Of a stretch of DNA of 64,000 bases, positions 29,243 through 37,274 are shown piece by piece. Under the pieces are notes generated by a model. It was not told the origin of the DNA. It searched no databases and saw only the letters and a list, made by a program, of their open reading frames with translations. This DNA comes from Thermodesulfobacteriota bacterium (GTDB taxonomy: Bacteria; Desulfobacterota; Desulfarculia; JACQYL01): contig CAXXLZ010000001.1 in the NCBI GenBank assembly GCA_963675595.2, forward strand, positions 928,001-992,000, written 5' to 3'. How positions within the stretch are numbered: the first letter of the stretch is position 1; each line of letters opens with the position of its first letter. Position numbers and translations under genes: made by a program.

Positions 29243-31138
29243 TCAAATTTCCAAGGCGAAAACAGGCGGCGTGTTTTCCTTTTGTAAGCGTCTGAGTACG
29301 CCCAAGGCCGTGTGAATCTCTTCAACCCCGGCCGCCTCGAAGACTTCGTTCAATTGCTTTTCCAATCCGTCCATCTGCAGGCTGAGTTCCCGCAGTTGCC
29401 TGCGCGTTTTCAGGTAGGATTCCACCAGTTGATGAAAGCGTATGGAATCCAGGCCTCTTCCCGCTCCAGTCGAGGTCTTGACCGGCTCCAATTCGCGCAT
29501 ATGGTTCAAAGGGCTGGGGTAGAGGTTCAACAAGGGATCAAAGGAGCAATTGCAGGACGTTGCAGCGGTGATGTGCGGGATCCGCATCCGGATTTTGGGA
29601 CAACTGATGGGATTTCCTCTTAATCGGGACTTCATGAATAAGCTGGGATCACTCACGGCGCAACGCTCGAGAAGCCCGTTCACGGCTTCGGGCCCTTGCT
29701 CGAGGTGTCCCACGGAATGCATCAGCACCATGGCTTCGTCATGGGTGAGGGAGGCTTCCCGGTTCACCCTTTCGACAATGGTCTTGAGCACCGGGCACTT
29801 GAGCAGGAGAAACTGCAAGCGCGGATCACGGTCCGGATCGTAAGGCGGTTCCGCGACGGCCGGGGCTCTATAGCCGTCCGATTCTTCCCAGGGCGGCGGC
29901 TCTTCCCTTTCCGGAGGTGAAGGCGGGGCGGCCCTGACGGACGAAGCGTTCGCGCGCTGGATGAGGGCATATACGCAGCGTCGCTCCGTCTTCATGATGG
30001 TTTCCAGAAAGTCGAGCTGTTGGGTCTGCGGCGCACCGGAAGGCTCCAAGAAAATGCTTCTGCGTCCCGTCTTCTTGTGTATGCCCAAAGGCAGCTTGAT
30101 GAGGTTTCCGAGACCACCCGGTGCCACGCGGGATTGCTTGGGAAACACTTCCACCGTGACTTCGGGGGGCAGGGCGCCGGTTCTGGAAAGCAGCACATGG
30201 CCGCACTTTCTCGCCACTCCGGCCGGGATCGGCGTTTCGAGAAATATCCAGGCGTGACGACCCTTGAAGCCCGAGTCTTCGATGTACACCGGAAGGTCCT
30301 CTGAGGCGCCCGCATCCACGAGCTTGCAGGCGGTCTGATGCACCCGGCTCATGACACTGTCCCATGCCGATTTGCTGTTGATGGTCTTGCGCACGACAGG
30401 CTTGGCGATGTCCACATCAAAAGCGATGAAGTTTACCGTCTGATCCAGTCGCAAGGGGTAGGCGCCCGCCGTGAGGTTGCCCAAGACGTGTTGTTCGGCC
30501 ACTTTGAGGGTGAAAGGCTCGTGCACGGGAGTATACCCCGATTCGCCCGTGGGACTCGCCCACTGCCGAGCATAAACGCCCTCCCGGCCGGAAAAGAGGG
30601 CCAGGAATGTCACCAGGTGGTGGGAAGCCGGGACGAGGACTTCGGTTCCGTCGGCGCTCGCAGGTTCCTCGGTGTCCTTCGACAGGAAATCCAGTTCCTT
30701 GAGTAGGCTTTTTAGGCCTTCGTCTCCGGTTTGTTCGATGCCCCGCGTGTAGATTTCTCCCGCTTTTCCGTATTCACCGGTCTCTTCAAGCAGCTGCCCC
30801 AGAGCTTGATAAGCGTCGGCATCCTGTGGAAAAAGGTCCACCAGTTTTCCACGGTAATGGCAGGCTTTTTCCATTTGCCCCTGATCCAGGTGAATTTCAG
30901 CCAAGCGACCAATGATGTTCGCATCGTCGGGCTGATCACGCAACGCCAGGTTCAGCTCAAGGATCACCTGATCCATCAGACCCAGCTCTTCCAAAGCGTC
31001 GGCCCAACGGACGTGGACGGCAAAGTCCCGCATGTCCATGGTGTTGCGCGCATGGGCCGCGGCTTCGGCTTCCGCCGTCCTGCCTGAAGCCGCCAGACTC
31101 CGGATTTCGTCGATGTCGCGAATGATGGAATCCGTCAC
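29243..31138 (-). CDS. CRISPR-associated primase-polymerase (CAPP; TPR + AEP + Cys-rich C-terminal domain)
   Basis: N-terminal TPRs; FSGREGVYARQW, FDVD (motif I), SGFKGRHAW (motif II), GNLIKLPLG; C-terminal CPV...ISCPKI...CNC; adjacent to cas1. Confidence 0.88.
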   Translation of the reverse strand: MTDSIIRDIDEIRSLAASGRTAEAEAAAHARNTMDMRDFAVHVRWADALEELGLMDQVILELNLALRDQPDDANIIGRLAEIHLDQGQMEKACHYRGKLVDLFPQDADAYQALGQLLEETGEYGKAGEIYTRGIEQTGDEGLKSLLKELDFLSKDTEEPASADGTEVLVPASHHLVTFLALFSGREGVYARQWASPTGESGYTPVHEPFTLKVAEQHVLGNLTAGAYPLRLDQTVNFIAFDVDIAKPVVRKTINSKSAWDSVMSRVHQTACKLVDAGASEDLPVYIEDSGFKGRHAWIFLETPIPAGVARKCGHVLLSRTGALPPEVTVEVFPKQSRVAPGGLGNLIKLPLGIHKKTGRRSIFLEPSGAPQTQQLDFLETIMKTERRCVYALIQRANASSVRAAPPSPPEREEPPPWEESDGYRAPAVAEPPYDPDRDPRLQFLLLKCPVLKTIVERVNREASLTHDEAMVLMHSVGHLEQGPEAVNGLLERCAVSDPSLFMKSRLRGNPISCPKIRMRIPHITAATSCNCSFDPLLNLYPSPLNHMRELEPVKTSTGAGRGLDSIRFHQLVESYLKTRRQLRELSLQMDGLEKQLNEVFEAAGVEEIHTALGVLRRLQKENTPPVFALEI

Positions 31139-32370
31139 GGTAACCTCGGAAATTCTATCACCGGATGGATGCCGGTGAACTCGGTTACGGTGTCGAGGAA
31201 ACTTCTTGCCTGAGATTCCCCAATCGGCTGGATTCCGTGGGCCAGGAACGAATGGTTTCGAATGTCCGTCACGGCCCGCATCCTGTCCCGCATGGTCTCA
31301 AACCGCAGGCCGATGGGATTCCCGGTCTCGGCGAGAAAACGAAAGGTGGAAAACAAGGGGAGCTGAAGTTTGTTCTTGCCTGAATCGAAGTGCTTGCTCG
31401 AATATTCATCGCGAATGCTTTCCGGCACTTGCTCCAAAGGCACGTCCGAAGTGGTATGGCCGGTTTGCCCTAAAAAGGCGTCCTGTCCGTACATTTCCAG
31501 GGCTCTATAGATTCGGGCCGCGGCGTCTTCGAATTGCCGGTCCTCGATGCGCCTTTGGGCATTAGCCAACAGGTCCTCCACCAAAATGACGTGCACCTGA
31601 TTGAGGCCCCTGGTCCGGTTGAGGAGTTGACTCAGGAAATCCGCGTTGTGCTCCACCATGGCCTTCACCGCGTCGAGGTCTTCGTGATACTCCAGTTCAA
31701 GATGCTCTCGCAGCTTACGGGAACCCTCCTTGATGCATTCGGCGGCCTTCTTGTATTCGAATCGTTCCCATAGGGCGTATCCTTCGGACAACAGCGTCAA
31801 CCAGGAAAAGAAGGATCGAATTTTGTGCGGCATCTGATTGATGCGGTCGAAGGAACCGAGCAGTTCCTTCACCGCGGCGAATCGGCGTTCGTTGAACAAT
31901 ATGGCGGCGTTCCGACGTTCCTCTTCGGCAAAAGCGGCCCAGGGGCTGATGTTGGTCATCATGATTTCACTGCCCGATTGGACGATTCCAAGACCCTGCT
32001 TATCCCGCTGAGTACCTCCCACGTAATTGAAATGATATTTCCTTCCCACGGTGGCCAGGACGAGCGCGGCCACCATAGGCTTGGTGCCGCCCGTGTAGTC
32101 CACCATGACTTCCGACGCCGAGACCTGTTCCGCCTCCAATCGGCGCACACATCGGGAGGCGGCTTCGTAGCACGAAAGCAGCACGTCGCTGTTTTCAGTA
32201 ATCTCGAAGTAGGTGGTCGGCACAGGATCGATGCCCTGGAGAACTTCACATGCCTTAACCACTGATTGGTGGGACGCTAGAAATACCACCGTGGCGGGAC
32301 GATGTTCTTCGATGCTTTGTCTCAGGGGCTCGGGCGCCCCGCCCAGGGACATGATCATGGCACTGTACAT
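31135..32370 (-). CDS. CARF-HEPN effector (TIGR02710 / Csm6-like ribonuclease)
   Basis: SLGGAPEP, VDYTGGTKPM (CARF); ARIYRALE and RNHSFLAHG (HEPN R-X-H). Confidence 0.85.
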   Translation of the reverse strand: MYSAMIMSLGGAPEPLRQSIEEHRPATVVFLASHQSVVKACEVLQGIDPVPTTYFEITENSDVLLSCYEAASRCVRRLEAEQVSASEVMVDYTGGTKPMVAALVLATVGRKYHFNYVGGTQRDKQGLGIVQSGSEIMMTNISPWAAFAEEERRNAAILFNERRFAAVKELLGSFDRINQMPHKIRSFFSWLTLLSEGYALWERFEYKKAAECIKEGSRKLREHLELEYHEDLDAVKAMVEHNADFLSQLLNRTRGLNQVHVILVEDLLANAQRRIEDRQFEDAAARIYRALEMYGQDAFLGQTGHTTSDVPLEQVPESIRDEYSSKHFDSGKNKLQLPLFSTFRFLAETGNPIGLRFETMRDRMRAVTDIRNHSFLAHGIQPIGESQARSFLDTVTEFTGIHPVIEFPRLP

Positions 32371-32481
32371 TGACGATACCTCCAGCAATGGATGGTCCTC
32401 TCCTACGCTGCGGCCCGCCGAAAGGCGCGTGAGACGAAAGAACATGGAAAAAACAGTCTCTTCATTTTTTTTCCGCTCCTT

Positions 32482-33612
32482 TCAGAAAAGCCCCAACGAC
32501 GATCTTTGATTCAGGTCCGCCATGCACGCCAAGGTCTGATCGTCGGTGGAAGCCGAGGTGTGCACCACGAACTTGGCCAGGGCTCCTTTTTCGGTATACC
32601 AGCCTTCCACTTCCCCGATTCGAGTGCCCGCCGTGCGTTTGAACACCTTGGGTCGATCCAGGTCGGGATTGTAATACCAGGTCCGGATTCGCTGGACGTA
32701 GGGAACTCGCAGGATATTTTCGAGATAACGGCGCAGACCCGGCGGACGATCCCCCGTGCCGTGCTCCGTGAGAATTTTCTTGGCTGGAGGGTCGAGCGTT
32801 GAAGCCGGCGGCAGCATGGTCTCTTTGAGCCGCTCGAAACGGGACCTGAAGGATTCATGGAAGAGCTGGCCCGTGGGCGATAATTTGAGAAAAGCACGGC
32901 CGTCCAAATCAACGGTCTCCACCAGGGACTCCATGGCCGGATCGGGCAGGACTTGCTCATCGTCCACTTCCAAGCCTTCGTCCAGTTCGAAGAACAGCCC
33001 GCTTTGGTTGAGCCAAAGAGAAAGATCAAAGGCCACGGGCTGGGGCGGCAACTCGATGACCTTGTCGAACCGTTCGAACTGGTAGCAGGTGGAGATACCC
33101 AGGGCCTGACCGATCATTCCGGCAAAGGAAATCTGGGCCTTGTACCCCCCGGTGGCGTTGATGAGAACGTTTTGGGCGCCGTATTTCCGCACTGCTTGGG
33201 AGATTTCCCGCACCAGGTTCCTGAGTCCCTCCTTGCGGAAACGTTCCGGATCCTGGTCGGAAAGTCCCTCCAGAACCTTGACCGCAACCGATGCGAACGC
33301 AGCACCTTCCGGGCGTGCATCGAAATAGCGCTTCAGCAGGTTTCCGATGAGTCGGCCGTCTTCCGTGTCGGAAACCAGGAGAATCAGTGCGTCGGCCGAA
33401 GCGAGCTTCTGTGCAAGAATCCCGGTAATGGATTGGATTTCCGCTCCCAGGAGATGTTCCCCGGAAGGAAGCCCGCGCATTGCGGCCGCCAGGCCCACGG
33501 TGTTTCCGCTCTCCAGAAGAGACTTGAGTTCGCCTCGTTCGCTGTTGCGTATGTTTCCCATGAGGCTGGTGCCCACGGTGGCGATGATGATGCGGGGGAT
33601 GGATTGCTTCAT
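32482..33612 (-). CDS. CARF protein, APE2256/TIGR02619 family, with C-terminal effector domain (Cami1/RelE-like candidate)
   Basis: TVGTSL, AEIQS, SDT.DG, NATGGYKAQ, YQFE.F..VIELP; about 100-aa extra C-terminal domain. Confidence 0.8.
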   Translation of the reverse strand: MKQSIPRIIIATVGTSLMGNIRNSERGELKSLLESGNTVGLAAAMRGLPSGEHLLGAEIQSITGILAQKLASADALILLVSDTEDGRLIGNLLKRYFDARPEGAAFASVAVKVLEGLSDQDPERFRKEGLRNLVREISQAVRKYGAQNVLINATGGYKAQISFAGMIGQALGISTCYQFERFDKVIELPPQPVAFDLSLWLNQSGLFFELDEGLEVDDEQVLPDPAMESLVETVDLDGRAFLKLSPTGQLFHESFRSRFERLKETMLPPASTLDPPAKKILTEHGTGDRPPGLRRYLENILRVPYVQRIRTWYYNPDLDRPKVFKRTAGTRIGEVEGWYTEKGALAKFVVHTSASTDDQTLACMADLNQRSSLGLF

Positions 33613-35102
33613 GATTCTTCACCGATAATTTCTTTGATTTTGGCTACTTTTTCCCGCTGCTTTTTGGTAGAGCAGTCTTTCTTTTTCCACTTTCCGGTGC
33701 GCCGCCAATACTCTTTGAGGGCCAAAGCCAGCGGTTTGGGGTTGTCGAATTCGCTCAATTTCTGGTAGAAATCCACCACTTCGTTTTCGCTTACGTCGGG
33801 TTCACCGACCCTGAGGGCGGCTTTTTCCACAGGGGACAGTTGCTCCAATCGTTTTTTGCGTTCCTCTTCTTCCGCGGCTTTCAGGCGTTCTTCTTCCGCC
33901 TTACGGTTCGCTTCTTCCTCCGCGGCCGTGCGCTCCGCTTCCAGACGTTCGCGTTCAGCCAAGTCGGAGCGAATTTGCCCCTCCCGGATTTTGTTCCACT
34001 CGGAGTCCATTTCAAAGAATCGATCTTCCAATTCCGCGGTGATGGGGCATACTTCGCACCACCCGAAAGGAGCCGGAGTTTCGGGGTCGTCGACCCGTGG
34101 TTCCGGCGATGCGAACCATGTCGTAGTGGCTTGTCGCATGGTTTTGAACTGCGTCCTGCCCGCCTTCACCCGAATCTGTCTATGCCCCTCGATTGTGAGA
34201 CACTCCGCTCCGGAATGCCTTCCGATGCGGATGAGGGAACCGCCGTTTCGGCTCAGAACATTATCGGCCATCCCAAGGTGATTAAGGATTCCCTGCTCCA
34301 CCTTTTGCTGATGATCGCAGAAGGCCTCGGATTCCCCCAAGACCGATTCCGTGTCGACGCCTATGCGGATGCCGGCTTTTCGTTCCGGATGCTGGAACAG
34401 AATGCTGCCTTGAAACAACGATCCCGGTTCGATCACTTCGAGAATCTGGTAGGGTCCCCTTGCTTCCTTATCGCTCTTTTCCTTCTTGTGATTCACCGCG
34501 TAGACGATTTGGGTTTTTACGTAACCGACGGGAAGGAAATCCGACACTTTAACAAGCCGAAAGGGGTCCGTGTCGAATGAGCCACCGTCAAGAAGGTCCT
34601 TCTCGAGTTTCTTTGCTTCATTGGGCCTATAAGGGGGCAGCTTCTTGACCTTCTGCCTTGCATTGAGAAAAGCGGTTCTAAGGGAGCCTTTGATGGAAGA
34701 ACCCGGTAGGTAGGGTCGCCCGTCATTGAGGAAGGCGGTTCGCCCAATGGTGAATTGATTGAGTTGGTTGCGTATTTCTCGATCATTGCCCGACGGGAGG
34801 GAGAGTGTTTTGCGGTAATGATTCACGAAACCGCTCGTCAGCTTTACTTGTCTTCCCCGGGCTGATTTTCCCTGCAGGAATTTATAGATTTCCAGAATTG
34901 AACCGATCGTACCCTTCAGGCATATCTGTGAGAACCTGGTCTTTTCATCCGGAGACAATGAGGCGAGAAACGAGATCGGATCAAAGGGGATCAAGACTGC
35001 ATCCTTCTCATCCACTACAAATCCGGTGGGTTCGTACACTTCATCCGTGCCGACATGGATCGGTGACAATGTGCGGATATAGCAGCTGAAGAATTCGTTC
35101 AT
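33609..35102 (-). CDS. csm5: Type III-A RAMP Csm5
   Basis: LSPIHVG, PYLPGSSIKGSLRTA, DPFRLVKVSD, IRIGRHSG, PFGW. Confidence 0.92.
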   Translation of the reverse strand: MNEFFSCYIRTLSPIHVGTDEVYEPTGFVVDEKDAVLIPFDPISFLASLSPDEKTRFSQICLKGTIGSILEIYKFLQGKSARGRQVKLTSGFVNHYRKTLSLPSGNDREIRNQLNQFTIGRTAFLNDGRPYLPGSSIKGSLRTAFLNARQKVKKLPPYRPNEAKKLEKDLLDGGSFDTDPFRLVKVSDFLPVGYVKTQIVYAVNHKKEKSDKEARGPYQILEVIEPGSLFQGSILFQHPERKAGIRIGVDTESVLGESEAFCDHQQKVEQGILNHLGMADNVLSRNGGSLIRIGRHSGAECLTIEGHRQIRVKAGRTQFKTMRQATTTWFASPEPRVDDPETPAPFGWCEVCPITAELEDRFFEMDSEWNKIREGQIRSDLAERERLEAERTAAEEEANRKAEEERLKAAEEEERKKRLEQLSPVEKAALRVGEPDVSENEVVDFYQKLSEFDNPKPLALALKEYWRRTGKWKKKDCSTKKQREKVAKIKEIIGEES

Positions 35103-36136
35103 GGCGCAGCCTCCAACCGCAAGGGCAGGTAAAAGGAATACCCCTGCGCGATGGTGTCCGGTACGGACTTGGACAACCCTTGAATGCAAACTCCCAAATA
35201 AGGTTGATCAAAAACCTTGGGATCGCGGGTCCTCAGTACAGCCCCCTCATCCGCCATGATAATGGGATTTTTGAAAGGATTTGGGGATTTGGCCATGCCG
35301 TCGCCGTGCTTTCCAAACCGAACGAACGGCTTGAACCAGCAGAAATCAAAGGAATTCTCCTGGGGCACGCAGGGACTCAATGTGTAACAGGCGTTGGCGC
35401 CTTTCAGTCGGGGCACTGGCGCCTCCTCAGGATCTGCGACATCAAACCGGCCGTATCCGGTGGAGGCGTCCCGCCCGAATCCGGAATCACCGATACGTTG
35501 GAGCCCTGAGAACACCCGGTCGATGTCCGTGACGTTTTCGTCCAGTAGAACGAACACGACGAGTTCCGTTCCCGGGGCGTAAGAAAAGGCGTCCAAGGAG
35601 AAAGGTGCGAACTCGCCGGTTCCTGTGGTCTGCCTGAGCCTGTGAATGGTGTTGTGCGAGTGTACGGTTTGTAGCATAAATCCCGGACGTTCGACGGACG
35701 GCCATAGGTGGGAGGCCTGCTCGGTCGCTAAGCCGTTTATACTGTCAAGTACATCCTGATCGGACGCCAGCTTGGGTTGGGTGAGGTCAATGGAATCAAG
35801 ACTTTCGACGACCAACCATTTCTTTCCTTTCCGTTCTTTGCGCAGTTTTACCCTTTCCTTCCTGCTCTCACCATTGACTGGAAAAAGCATTGAATAAGGG
35901 AGTTCGGGTCGGGGTAAGTAATAAATTTGCTTGGAATCCCCCACAACCATGGGGAATGCGGAAGAGAATACGACAAAAGGGGCCTCCGCGTATCTTTTGA
36001 CGGCCTCATTCAGACCGCCTTTTACCAGGTCGTCGTCGTAGAAGACTTGCCAACAGAACTGCCCGAAGAGGGTATCTCCCTTGAGAGGTGTGCCGAAGGA
36101 AGACTTGGGCTTCAGAGTGATTTCATAGAGTTGCAT
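35099..36136 (-). CDS. csm4: Type III-A RAMP Csm4
   Basis: GDTLFG, FSSAFP, GFGRDASTGYGRF. Confidence 0.92.
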   Translation of the reverse strand: MQLYEITLKPKSSFGTPLKGDTLFGQFCWQVFYDDDLVKGGLNEAVKRYAEAPFVVFSSAFPMVVGDSKQIYYLPRPELPYSMLFPVNGESRKERVKLRKERKGKKWLVVESLDSIDLTQPKLASDQDVLDSINGLATEQASHLWPSVERPGFMLQTVHSHNTIHRLRQTTGTGEFAPFSLDAFSYAPGTELVVFVLLDENVTDIDRVFSGLQRIGDSGFGRDASTGYGRFDVADPEEAPVPRLKGANACYTLSPCVPQENSFDFCWFKPFVRFGKHGDGMAKSPNPFKNPIIMADEGAVLRTRDPKVFDQPYLGVCIQGLSKSVPDTIAQGYSFYLPLRLEAAP

Positions 36137-36148
36137 GTTGGCTCCCAT

Positions 36149-36847
36149 CTATCTGAGGGGCGTAACCCGGGCAAAATCCCTTTGCACGTCTTCCTCGTCA
36201 AACAAGAACGATACTCTCCCATAGCCCCTGCTTCCACTGCCTCCCAGTGCGTCCATCTCCAGTAATTTCAGGCCTTCCAGAAGAAGATCATACAGGCCTT
36301 GTTCTTCATCGAACCGCTTGAGCGTGACTGAAAATTCGAATTCAGTTTCGGCGGGCACTCGTTCGGTGAAACGCGGGTTTTCCGCCGTGCCTTTAATTCT
36401 GTTGATGGAATTCTCGGACTTGACTTCGAACAGGGGCAGTCGAGCGTCCAGGGCCTTTCTCTTGTATTCTTCATGCAGAGAACAGTCTGCGAATGACGCC
36501 CGTGTGGGTCCCAGGTCGGAAACATCTTCCAAGTCCGCCCCGCTTGAACCAAACAGCTTCAAGATAGCCTCACAGCGTAGCCGTTCCTCTCCGTCCAATC
36601 GCCTGAGGATTCCCGCCGAAAGCGGTTTGCCGTCTGTAAGAGCCATCAGCCCACTGCCCAGTTCGAGGAGTGCTCTCACCTTGCCCTTAATGGATGACCC
36701 TGGAATGTAAGGTTCCAAGGTGTGCGGATGCTTGACCACGGGATTATCCGTACCCCCGATCCGCATTTCGGTATCGCCGGCGCCGATGTGCAACCCGCTC
36801 TTCAAAATGAGCTTTCCTTTGATCTCTTGAATCGCAGTCAGTTTCAT
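36149..36847 (-). CDS. csm3: Type III-A RAMP Csm3
   Basis: GLHIGAG..IGGTDNPVVK (catalytic Asp), PYIPGSSIKGK, LGGSGSRGYG. Confidence 0.95.
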   Translation of the reverse strand: MKLTAIQEIKGKLILKSGLHIGAGDTEMRIGGTDNPVVKHPHTLEPYIPGSSIKGKVRALLELGSGLMALTDGKPLSAGILRRLDGEERLRCEAILKLFGSSGADLEDVSDLGPTRASFADCSLHEEYKRKALDARLPLFEVKSENSINRIKGTAENPRFTERVPAETEFEFSVTLKRFDEEQGLYDLLLEGLKLLEMDALGGSGSRGYGRVSFLFDEEDVQRDFARVTPLR

Positions 36848-36858
36848 CTTGTTTTCTC

Positions 36859-37263
36859 CTAATTTGTCGGCCCGTAGTGCCGGTAGAAACCCATGAACGC
36901 TTCAAAAAAGTTGGCGAAGACGTCCAAGTCCTCTTTCGTACTTACTTGATTTACCGAACGCTTCATCAAGTCATGAAACTCTTTGGAAACCAAGTTTCGA
37001 CCATAAGCGTAAGTGGCTTTCGCTACGAGCATATGTACATAGGGCAACAGGTGATCCCATTCTTCGTCTTTCCTTTGGGCTTTGGCTAGCCCGTTCAGTC
37101 TGGTCACTTCATCAAAGAACTTTCTGATCTGCGTCCTCTTATCCAACTTGGTTTGCTTGGCGTTGCTTCCTATGCCTTCGGCAAGCTTTTCAGCCTGTAC
37201 GGAAAAAAGGGTGGGATCAATGAGGCCTTTTCCTTTGTCCTTCCAGAATATGATCTCGTTCAT
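36859..37263 (-). CDS. csm2: Type III-A small subunit Csm2
   Basis: TQIRKFFDEV, AK..YAYGR, FFEAFMGFY. Confidence 0.93.
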   Translation of the reverse strand: MNEIIFWKDKGKGLIDPTLFSVQAEKLAEGIGSNAKQTKLDKRTQIRKFFDEVTRLNGLAKAQRKDEEWDHLLPYVHMLVAKATYAYGRNLVSKEFHDLMKRSVNQVSTKEDLDVFANFFEAFMGFYRHYGPTN

Positions 37264-37274
37264 GTGATTTCCTC

